From the IMG/VR virus record IMGVR_UViG_3300028596_000001: DNA of 64,000 nt. One strand, given 5' to 3'. Below the pieces are notes generated by a model that saw only the letters and a list, made by a program, of their open reading frames with translations, was not told the origin of the DNA and did not search any database. This stretch comes from a virus (Duplodnaviria; Caudoviricetes). How positions within the stretch are numbered: the first letter of the stretch is position 1; every line of letters starts with the position of its first letter. Below are positions 56,740 through 64,000 of the stretch, in pieces. The position numbers and the translations under genes were made by a program.

Positions 56740-57284
56740 GCTACTTCTCCTTGCAGGACCAGACGGCTGTTGATGATTTCGTTGATTGGCATGGCATCGA
56801 GTTCTTTCAGGTGTTTACGGTAGTGTTCCGCGATAGCGCTGATGCGCTCACCGAAAGGAGTGGTCTCGAGGCTACGGGTGTTCTTGCACTGGAGTTCCAG
56901 GCTGTGCAAGGTAGGACCAAAAGCACTGAAGCTAATCTTGTCCTTGGTCATCTTGCCGTGGAAGAACAGTGGACTTTCCTGGTCGACGAACTGGGAGAAG
57001 GTTACCGACTTATCACCTTTCAACCATTCACGGAAGTTTTCCAGCCCGTCAATGATTTCCAGGATATCAGCCTGGTATTTACCGATCTCGGTAGCAATGC
57101 TGAAAGTGTGCAGCGAGTCAGTGCTAATAATAGCCTGACGTTTGATACAGCCGTTGTCAGCGAACTCTACAACCGAACGGAGAATCAGATCACCGTTCTT
57201 TGCAACCGAAGCAGTGGATTCGAACACTACGTTACGGGTCTTGAATTCGTCAACGATAGCGCGGGAAGAAAATACGATAGCCAT
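56736..57284 (-). CDS. Hypothetical protein
   Basis: Start moved to MAIVFSS (AGGAG RBS). Confidence 0.65.
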   Translation of the reverse strand: MAIVFSSRAIVDEFKTRNVVFESTASVAKNGDLILRSVVEFADNGCIKRQAIISTDSLHTFSIATEIGKYQADILEIIDGLENFREWLKGDKSVTFSQFVDQESPLFFHGKMTKDKISFSAFGPTLHSLELQCKNTRSLETTPFGERISAIAEHYRKHLKELDAMPINEIINSRLVLQGEVA

Positions 57285-57347
57285 AACAAAAACTCCTATT
57301 AGGTGTCTACACAGACGACCTGTCAATAATGGTAGGCTTAGCAGCCG

Positions 57348-57569
57348 TTACATCCGATAAAACTGCGAAGCCAATTCCAGGATCATGTAGACGTCCCAGA
57401 GCAGGATTCCAGCCGCCACTGCTATCCCCAAGCAGCAAGCGTTGTATTCAGCGGAATACTCTTCCGTTTGACTTAGACTGCGATTGCAGAACCGTATCAC
57501 CCAAATGCAAAATGCAATGGTTACAACGAAGAAGAGTACCCCAAGTATTATAATCTTTGCGGCGGTCAT
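57348..57569 (-). CDS. Small two-TM membrane protein
   Basis: 73 aa, AAGGAG RBS, first gene after early promoter. Confidence 0.65.
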   Translation of the reverse strand: MTAAKIIILGVLFFVVTIAFCIWVIRFCNRSLSQTEEYSAEYNACCLGIAVAAGILLWDVYMILELASQFYRM

Positions 57570-57630
57570 GCCAGTTACTCCTTGTGGTTATGCAATGCTT
57601 ATTAAAAACATCTACGTGCATTACACCCAA

Positions 57631-57645
57631 GTAATATAGACCTGA
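57631..57645 (-). promoter_or_regulatory. Early promoter motif (TCAGGTCTATATTAC)
   Basis: Exact TATATTAC core. Confidence 0.7.
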
Positions 57646-57658
57646 CCGCCTCTAGAAG

Positions 57659-58159
57659 TTAAACGGTTAGTTTAAGCCTGGTGTAGATACCGGTCTGGTC
57701 AATTACCTGGAAGCCCAAACGCTGGTAGAAGTTCAGTCCCCGTTTGTTATCACGGTAGCACTGGACCTCCAATGGTTGCTTGAAGATCTCCATGTGGTTG
57801 TTAACCAGGTAACTACCGCTAGTCCACCCCCGACACCATTCCTCGAAGTAAATAGAAAGGAGTTGGTCTTCTGCCACTGCCATAAAGCCAACCGGTTCAC
57901 CGCTACGTTCGAAGACATATACCCAGTCGAGTAGCTTCAGGTATTCATCGAACTTCTCGTCCATGAAACCAGGTTTACGGCACTGGGCGATCTGGTCTTT
58001 GAACATCTCACTAACTGCCTCACAAGAGAGCAGTAAACTGAGTTCATAGCGCGTCAGTTCATCCCAGAGACGTCTAACACTTTTAATGATCTCTTCGGTA
58101 AGACCGGTCTTGGAATACATCTTGACGATAGCACCACGCAGTTTCCCGTCGTTTCTCAT
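57659..58159 (-). CDS. GNAT acetyltransferase 3
   Basis: EPVGFM..LLSIYFEEWCRG..G..L; N.RGLNFYQRLGF. Confidence 0.8.
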   Translation of the reverse strand: MRNDGKLRGAIVKMYSKTGLTEEIIKSVRRLWDELTRYELSLLLSCEAVSEMFKDQIAQCRKPGFMDEKFDEYLKLLDWVYVFERSGEPVGFMAVAEDQLLSIYFEEWCRGWTSGSYLVNNHMEIFKQPLEVQCYRDNKRGLNFYQRLGFQVIDQTGIYTRLKLTV

Positions 58160-58785
58160 TCAGTCAGTTCCTTACGGGCTACAGTCAAAATAGCTTCCAA
58201 CTGAGCCAATGTGTAATGACCATCCACAACAGCATAACTCCCACGAAAATCGACATACCCAGCCCAGTTGTCGATAATACTCTTTTGTAGCTCAATGTTC
58301 TCCGGGGTGTATGCCGTGGTACGGGAGCCATTGAGAGCTGCTGGATCGAACTCCGAAGTGACACTAAAGCCACATTTAAGAGCCAACTGCACCATTCCGA
58401 CGACTTCGCCGCTCCAAACCATCTTGAGTTGTGCATAAGTAACACTAGCTGCCGCCTTGTATTCACGGAGCATGCTGAAAGCATGTCCGCAATGGCGAAA
58501 CGCTTCCAGCACAAAGATCTCCAGCACTTGGTTAGCGCCGGCCATCAGGTAGCCTACAGGTTCGCCATCATGCAAGCCTTCAATAATGGTGATGTAATCT
58601 ACCCCATGATCGATAGCCTCGCGGAGTTCTTTTTCCGCTTGCTCTTCTTCAGAAAGTTTCAAACCATGCAGTTCCCGATACATGAAAAGCAATGTTTGGA
58701 ACGGGCCTCCGTAAAAAGCTTGAGAGAAATCTGATTTCTCTGGTTTGCCGTATTTCTGAGTAAAGAAGGTATGTGAAACTTGCAT
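58156..58785 (-). CDS. GNAT acetyltransferase 2 (with C-terminal extension)
   Basis: GEPVGYL..VLEIFVLEAFRHCGHA; ALKCGF. Confidence 0.7.
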   Translation of the reverse strand: MQVSHTFFTQKYGKPEKSDFSQAFYGGPFQTLLFMYRELHGLKLSEEEQAEKELREAIDHGVDYITIIEGLHDGEPVGYLMAGANQVLEIFVLEAFRHCGHAFSMLREYKAAASVTYAQLKMVWSGEVVGMVQLALKCGFSVTSEFDPAALNGSRTTAYTPENIELQKSIIDNWAGYVDFRGSYAVVDGHYTLAQLEAILTVARKELTE

Positions 58786-58806
58786 AAATAAAACTCCTAA
58801 GGTAAT

Positions 58807-58834
58807 GGGTAAGCTAGCCTAGGCTAGCTTACCC
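58807..58834. terminator. Palindromic hairpin between GNAT genes
   Basis: gggtaagctagcc-ta-ggctagcttaccc. Confidence 0.7.
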
Positions 58835-58845
58835 TACACCGGTTG

Positions 58846-59430
58846 TTAGTTAATGTCTTTAGCCAGACGCCAGATGAGATTGGTGATCGCAGTATTCGTT
58901 GGATACGCTGTCTGTTCGGAATCGTCCTGCACGAACCCCAACCGGTCGAAGAAAGCTAATGCATCCGGACTCTGATACCCGACGGCTGCAGTTACTTCCT
59001 TTACATCGAAACGATTAATGTACAACTCCAGCAAAGACAACCCAATGCGGTCCTTACGGAAGGCTGGCATGATGTAAAGCGCCAGCACATGGTTTTGGAC
59101 ATTCATAGCCAGGTAACCAACCACCATGCCAGTATTGGCTTCCATGGTGATGAGCTTTGCTGTCTCTTCCATTTCCAAGGAGAACATTTCGCTACGCTGT
59201 ACAGGATCCAGTGCCCAGTCGAGCTTCCGCTTGAAGCGCGGATCTTTCATGAACACCGGCAGCTGTTCATAAATGCTCATGTTGTAAAGCTCTTTAACCA
59301 TGCCATAAATGGATGAATCTATCGCATTACCGTCCATCATGATCAAACGAGCCTGGAAATCGTTTGCATGCTTAACTTGGCGACGAGGAAGACCGAACAC
59401 ATTACGCTCAAACAAATTCTTATTAGACAT
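58846..59430 (-). CDS. GNAT acetyltransferase 1
   Basis: VVGYL..VLALYIMPAFRKDRIG.SLL; ALAFFDRLGF. Confidence 0.8.
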   Translation of the reverse strand: MSNKNLFERNVFGLPRRQVKHANDFQARLIMMDGNAIDSSIYGMVKELYNMSIYEQLPVFMKDPRFKRKLDWALDPVQRSEMFSLEMEETAKLITMEANTGMVVGYLAMNVQNHVLALYIMPAFRKDRIGLSLLELYINRFDVKEVTAAVGYQSPDALAFFDRLGFVQDDSEQTAYPTNTAITNLIWRLAKDIN

Positions 59431-59442
59431 ACCAAATACTCC

Positions 59443-59874
59443 TCAGCTGCGGGTGCAGTCTGCCAAAAACACGCCGCGGTTGATTTCGCGATCATCGTTA
59501 GTGAGATAAACAATGAAATACGTTTTACCATCATCGTCAACACGACGGAACAACATATCGCGTTGATTGCCAGCCACACCGCTGATAGCCCCACCCTCGG
59601 GGATACTCAGCTTGAGTCCTTCCTTGAAAAGATCATTCTTTTCGACGGTGAACTCGTACTTGGTTTGCTCTATTACGATTTCCTTTTGAATAACCGGGTT
59701 ATCAGTCAGGAAACCTTGAGTCATGTTCATTGCGTTGTCAGTGTACTTCTGGCACGTGTAGGTCTTCAGGACCTGGGCGCCAACGGTAGGGTCTACCGCA
59801 ATAAAAGGCTGTTGGTTCATAGCAGCAAAACCAACAGTAGGAATCAGGGACAGTACCAGTGCAATCTTCTTCAT
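59443..59874 (-). CDS. Secreted/periplasmic protein
   Basis: Signal peptide MKKIALVLSLIPTVGFA; Cys pair near both ends like 56269..56739. Confidence 0.7.
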   Translation of the reverse strand: MKKIALVLSLIPTVGFAAMNQQPFIAVDPTVGAQVLKTYTCQKYTDNAMNMTQGFLTDNPVIQKEIVIEQTKYEFTVEKNDLFKEGLKLSIPEGGAISGVAGNQRDMLFRRVDDDGKTYFIVYLTNDDREINRGVFLADCTRS

Positions 59875-59918
59875 GAAACACTCCTAAATGAATCGAGTGC
59901 AAGTAGACCAGAATTGGC

Positions 59919-60203
59919 TTACTTGTTGAAACGGGCTTTCAGTTCTTCCAGCTTACGCAGTTTGGTCTTGCCCGCCTTGCGCGCTTTCCACACAGCAGTA
60001 CCATGTACACGGCAGTACCAATCAATCCACTTGGGGTTCAGACCGAAGGTGGTATCACCGCGAAGCTCTGGTTCTGGATCAGGCCCGAGTTTAGCTTCCA
60101 GTTTAGGCGGTGTACGATTAATAGCGTCGTAGATAGCCTGATCCATACCTGGCATGATCCCGTCGAAGTCGGCGTTCAGGGATTTCAATTTATCATTAGT
60201 CAC
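59919..60203 (-). CDS. Hypothetical protein with NP.W..WY module
   Basis: Start moved to GTG 60203 (GGAG RBS; overlaps upstream stop). Confidence 0.6.
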   Translation of the reverse strand: MTNDKLKSLNADFDGIMPGMDQAIYDAINRTPPKLEAKLGPDPEPELRGDTTFGLNPKWIDWYCRVHGTAVWKARKAGKTKLRKLEELKARFNK

Positions 60204-60594
60204 GGGGATACTCCGGATACATTGAGAGACGTTCGGTATGTTTCCTGTAGAGGCGAGGACGTACCTTAACCAATCTAGAGAAAACATCCTTGGTGGTAAA
60301 GAAGTAATCTTCGATCACGTTGAAACCGAGGATACGCAAGCCTTCATCGACCGTAAACAACGGGGCTTTCATGTAGCAGCGATCGCCGTCAAAATCGATC
60401 ATTGCATAACCACGGTTCAATGCAATCTTGCGTGGCACACCGGTTTGACGCATGTGCCATTCGACCCAGTCGTTGGACAAGAGATTATCCGGACCAGCGG
60501 TGAGTTTGGGCTCTGGGTCAGTAGCCAGTTTAATACGTGTCAACACATTGGTCGCATTATGACCAAGAGTACTGGTTAGAGCTTTATGTTTCAT
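60196..60594 (-). CDS. Hypothetical protein with N.W..W module
   Basis: 132 aa, ATGA overlap. Confidence 0.6.
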   Translation of the reverse strand: MKHKALTSTLGHNATNVLTRIKLATDPEPKLTAGPDNLLSNDWVEWHMRQTGVPRKIALNRGYAMIDFDGDRCYMKAPLFTVDEGLRILGFNVIEDYFFTTKDVFSRLVKVRPRLYRKHTERLSMYPEYPRD

Positions 60595-60818
60595 GCTATC
60601 CCCATTTCACGATGGAATACACGCAGCATGGCCTTGTGTACCTTTTCGCCTTCGTCCCGTGGTACGTCCGCCAGGAACTTGGCTTTGTGCGTTCCGGCAC
60701 TTCTTTCGAAAGCATCGGAAGCGTTGTTGAAGCGATAAGCTGGATCAGCTTCTTCAGCTTCCTTGGCCTCCAGCTCGGCAGCCATTTGCTGACGGAAACG
60801 AGTACTCATGATGCCCAT
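60591..60818 (-). CDS. Small helical protein
   Basis: 75 aa in packed operon. Confidence 0.6.
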   Translation of the reverse strand: MGIMSTRFRQQMAAELEAKEAEEADPAYRFNNASDAFERSAGTHKAKFLADVPRDEGEKVHKAMLRVFHREMGIA

Positions 60819-60820
60819 GG

Positions 60821-61315
60821 CTATTCCCCTTTGACTTTGAAATGGACGTCATTTTTGATTACAACACGCCCGTCTTCTAAAGCTTCTGAACGAACACCGC
60901 CAGCCAGCGTACGAATTGGTTTCGTTACCCCTTCGATTTTTTCTGGTTTACGTGCGGCATGATACTGCTCAGCCGCTTCCACTTGATGCGGGTGCTTACC
61001 TTTTTCTGCAGACGGCTGCAAATTCAAAGCAAGATTGTTATACAGCTTGAGACCGCCATTGTCCGCTTTGATTTCTGGAGTGATGGCGTAAGACTTACCG
61101 TCTACAGTTACCCACCCGTTAGAGTAGGCAATGCCGCAGAGTTCCCAGAACGACTTGACCACTTTGCGTATGTGGCCAGCTAGGCTTTCAATACCCAGGA
61201 TAATCGCTTTACGATCTTCATCGGAAGCTTGTTGCCAGAAGTCTTTGACGTACTTCTCCAGCGCTTCCTTACCTTCTACGTCAGCCAGGCCACTTACAAA
61301 TTCGTCGAGAGTCAT
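60821..61315 (-). CDS. Hypothetical protein
   Basis: 164 aa, 1-bp gap to upstream gene. Confidence 0.6.
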   Translation of the reverse strand: MTLDEFVSGLADVEGKEALEKYVKDFWQQASDEDRKAIILGIESLAGHIRKVVKSFWELCGIAYSNGWVTVDGKSYAITPEIKADNGGLKLYNNLALNLQPSAEKGKHPHQVEAAEQYHAARKPEKIEGVTKPIRTLAGGVRSEALEDGRVVIKNDVHFKVKGE

Positions 61316-61316
61316 A

Positions 61317-61628
61317 TTACCACCATGCCTTGAGATCGTTAACTACTTTGCCTTCTTGTAAAGCTTGGATACGGATACGGGCAGTAGCCTTAGCCACATT
61401 AGAAGACACCTTTTTCTGCAACCTGTACCAAGCGATCCATACCGGGTTTGCTTTACCTTCAGCGTTGGTCAAACTAGGTTCGTTCATGCACTGAACGACT
61501 TCATTAAAAACCTTATGCGCTCGCAGGTAGCTAACCCCGTGTTGTTGCATATACCACTTGGTCCAGGGTGCAACATTTAAAACACCCTTACTGGTAATAA
61601 GGGATGGCTCTTTGTCATTCGTTATCAT
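61317..61628 (-). CDS. Hypothetical protein with two W..WY modules
   Basis: PWTKWYMQQHGVS and NPVWIAWYRLQKKVS. Confidence 0.65.
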   Translation of the reverse strand: MITNDKEPSLITSKGVLNVAPWTKWYMQQHGVSYLRAHKVFNEVVQCMNEPSLTNAEGKANPVWIAWYRLQKKVSSNVAKATARIRIQALQEGKVVNDLKAWW

Positions 61629-62106
61629 TGTGTTTCAACCGATCCATGGAGCCAGGGGTACGGATAATGGTCAGGTGGGTGGCCTTATCGCTAAAGACGT
61701 CCTTATGGAAGATGGCACCACCGTCCGCCATCACCCTTTCCCGATTAAGCCGAATCCCGACTCTTGTAGGACCTTTAAAGCCAAGGCAAGCCACCCAGGC
61801 TCTGTACAACAAACGTCGCGTGCCCGGACTGTTGGACACCAGGCGAGTGACGCGGTCCTGGAACGGGTCGAACTTGGGGATGGTGTAAAACCCACCTCGC
61901 GGGCCACCTTTAAAACGATCACCAGTGATTTGTGGCATCGTTTCATGCAGGGTGGTTAGAAAGCTGAAAGCAGGAGTAGACGGCACTGGGTATCCCTGCT
62001 GATCCACCACAATGAACGGTGCGCCACCACCAGGATGAGTAAGGACCTCATCCAAAGTTGGTTTTGGCATTTTCTTCAAAAGTTCGTCTACCAATTTCTT
62101 ATCCAT
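61615..62106 (-). CDS. Hypothetical early protein
   Basis: 163 aa, AAGGAG RBS. Confidence 0.65.
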   Translation of the reverse strand: MDKKLVDELLKKMPKPTLDEVLTHPGGGAPFIVVDQQGYPVPSTPAFSFLTTLHETMPQITGDRFKGGPRGGFYTIPKFDPFQDRVTRLVSNSPGTRRLLYRAWVACLGFKGPTRVGIRLNRERVMADGGAIFHKDVFSDKATHLTIIRTPGSMDRLKHNDNE

Positions 62107-62146
62107 TACCGATTACTCCTTAAAAACTAATGTACTATACACACTA

Positions 62147-62161
62147 ATAATTTAGGCCTGA
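62147..62161 (-). promoter_or_regulatory. Early promoter motif variant (TCAGGCCTAAATTAT)
   Basis: Two mismatches in core, flank conserved, upstream of leftward block. Confidence 0.45.
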
Positions 62162-62221
62162 GTTCTTGCAGAAATTAAACACTCTATAGGGTACTATATA
62201 CCTACTACAGTGAGAAATAAT

Positions 62222-62938
62222 ATGAAAGAGTTACTACTCTCTGGGGGAGCTCCGAACAATCCTGAACCTACCGGCGATGTGTTGTTTTTGTACGATCCCG
62301 AGACAAGCAAAGACCTTATCTCCGGACAAGTCTGTGTTGCACTATCCGGCGGAGCCGCTGTAGACAATATTACCAAGATTGATGGCAAAGGAACGCTAAA
62401 GTTGGTAGGCGGTGGTAGCCAGGGATTGATTACATTCCCCACCCCGCTCAGCCTTGAAGTATTGTCTGAATGGACAGTTGAATGGGTATCTCGCCCGATC
62501 TCCATTCAAAGTGGTTACGTTACCGAGATGTTTATTGACACTAGCCCTAGCTCAGGTTACCCCATTGGTTGCCGCTGGCCAGATGGTGGTTATGGTAACC
62601 GTGCGCAGTTCAACCTGTCTAACTGGGCGAACGAAAACATTTGGCACCCGCCATTTGCCAAAGCTGCGGCGGAAGGCAATACCATTCGGTGGGCGATGGT
62701 TTATAAAGGTGGGTTGATACGGATCTACAAAGACGGGATTAAACAGTCTTTGGCGGCCGGCACCAGTGGGATCTACGACAAGGACTTCATTTCCAAAACT
62801 GTGTCATGGCCTGTGTACCACAAAATTTACTTGGGGTACTTCAACGGTACTAACTCTGCTTGGACCGGTAACTTCGGCCGTTTACGGATTAGTAACTTTG
62901 CTCGTTATCTCGCCAACTACACACCAGTGCCGTTCTAA
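62222..62938 (+). CDS. LamG/concanavalin A-like lectin-fold virion protein
   Basis: EWTVEW, IRIYKDG, GRLRISNFARY..NYTP.PF; start at MKELLL. Confidence 0.75.
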   Translation: MKELLLSGGAPNNPEPTGDVLFLYDPETSKDLISGQVCVALSGGAAVDNITKIDGKGTLKLVGGGSQGLITFPTPLSLEVLSEWTVEWVSRPISIQSGYVTEMFIDTSPSSGYPIGCRWPDGGYGNRAQFNLSNWANENIWHPPFAKAAAEGNTIRWAMVYKGGLIRIYKDGIKQSLAAGTSGIYDKDFISKTVSWPVYHKIYLGYFNGTNSAWTGNFGRLRISNFARYLANYTPVPF

Positions 62939-62950
62939 TAGGAGGCGTGC

Positions 62951-63670
62951 ATGATTGAGTTACTGAACGGACGCGGGCAACAAATCGTGGAACCAACGGG
63001 TGATGTCGTTCTGTTGTTCGATTACGATACCATGACCAACTTGGTCGATTATCCGATCACTGCGTCTTTGGTAGATGCTTCTATCGATCGCGTTAACTTG
63101 ATTGATGGTGTTCCGGTGTTGTCCAAAGATAACATGAGCACTAGTCGGCTAGTAATCAATTTTGGTATACCGTTAGATTTCTCTGTAGGTAATTGGACCT
63201 TTGAATGGTCTACTTTTACCACTCAGCTGTACGGTGGGTACAGCGGTGAAATGTGGTTCGATGGCGGTAATGTAAGTAATGCGGGTTTCGCTAGTTTCTT
63301 TGGGGACTACGGTTTTGGTAACAGAATTATGCTTGCCGACGGCCAAGCACCGGATACTGCGGACTTGTGGCGGCCCCTGCATTATAAAGCTGATATGTTA
63401 AACAAGTTAGTGCGTTACGCCTGCGTTTATAGAAATGGGTTTTTCTCCTTCTTTATCGATGGTAAGAAACAAGCCATGGAAAACGGCGTTACCAACGGTA
63501 CAGTCAAGACCGACGTTCCGTTGCGTGGCCTAGGTAAAGGAATGACCCGTCTGGAGGTGGGTCGAGTGACCGGTTACAGCCACATCCTCCCTAACATCGG
63601 ACGAGTAGGCAGAATACGTGTTAGCAAATTTGCTCGCTACTCATCGGACTACACACCAACACCATTCTGA
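62951..63670 (+). CDS. LamG/concanavalin A-like lectin-fold virion protein (paralog)
   Basis: NWTFEW, FSFFIDG, GRIRVSKFARYSSDYTPTPF. Confidence 0.75.
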   Translation: MIELLNGRGQQIVEPTGDVVLLFDYDTMTNLVDYPITASLVDASIDRVNLIDGVPVLSKDNMSTSRLVINFGIPLDFSVGNWTFEWSTFTTQLYGGYSGEMWFDGGNVSNAGFASFFGDYGFGNRIMLADGQAPDTADLWRPLHYKADMLNKLVRYACVYRNGFFSFFIDGKKQAMENGVTNGTVKTDVPLRGLGKGMTRLEVGRVTGYSHILPNIGRVGRIRVSKFARYSSDYTPTPF

Positions 63671-63682
63671 TAGGAGGTGGCT

Positions 63683-64000
63683 ATGATCGAAATGTTCCTA
63701 CCGCAGAATACCATTAGTGAACCACCTATCCCAGTTATTGGTGGAGTCTATAAACAACTTGCCAGCGCGGTCACGCCACGGAGTTCCCACTCCGTCGTTG
63801 CCATTGATGGGAAGATCTACGCATTCGGCGGTAGTTATGGTGCTCTCAACAGCACCATGGAAGTTTACGATATCGAAACCAACACTTGGGCACCTGTTGT
63901 TGCTCAAGGCATGCCAAGCCCTCGTCATGGTTGTGCATGCTGTGTATTGAACGGTAAGTTTTATATCTTCGGTGGGTCCACTGGCAACGGCTGGGGGCCG
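63683..64000 (+). CDS. Kelch-repeat protein, 5' part (runs off window end)
   Basis: GGAGG RBS; MIEMFL..PRSSHSVVAIDGKIYAFGG..YDIETNTW..PRHGCACCVLNGKFYIFGG. Confidence 0.85.
   Translation, partial: MIEMFLPQNTISEPPIPVIGGVYKQLASAVTPRSSHSVVAIDGKIYAFGGSYGALNSTMEVYDIETNTWAPVVAQGMPSPRHGCACCVLNGKFYIFGGSTGNGWGP

Noticed and set aside
1-64000. tRNA, rRNA or recoded stop codons
   Set aside because: No cloverleaf/TpsiC pattern spotted in intergenic gaps, and genes translate intact with the standard code; tRNAscan-SE would be needed to exclude tRNAs fully.

Overview
A 64-kb segment of a phiKZ/EL-like (nucleus-forming type, Chimalliviridae-like) jumbo phage genome, most likely infecting Pseudomonas. Host and family are inferred from protein motifs and gene order, not from a database search. 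Left part (1-22.7 kb) is core: the 3' end of a tail-associated lysin (GH19 plus M15-type peptidase), virion proteins, the C-terminal fragment of the split virion RNA polymerase beta subunit, a UvsX/RecA-like recombinase, an RNase H-like protein apparently lacking its catalytic acids, two paralogous head proteins, and an SF2 helicase interrupted by an Ala1 (class 3) intein. Middle (26-38.7 kb) is a tail/appendage locus: kelch protein, collagen-like fibre, chaperone and a paralogous domain family in 7 copies. Three leftward accessory blocks (22.8-26.2, 38.8-50, 50.7-62.1 kb) carry a repeated TATATTAC-type early promoter. They include an EL-type GroEL chaperonin, three tandem GNAT acetyltransferases, an ART-like protein, a TYW3-like protein, a protein ending in a near-perfect copy of the EF-Tu N-terminal P-loop peptide, and a neighbour carrying RecA/DnaB P-loop relics. 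The window ends in a second appendage cassette (LamG, LamG, kelch). No tRNA, rRNA, CRISPR array or reverse transcriptase was recognised.
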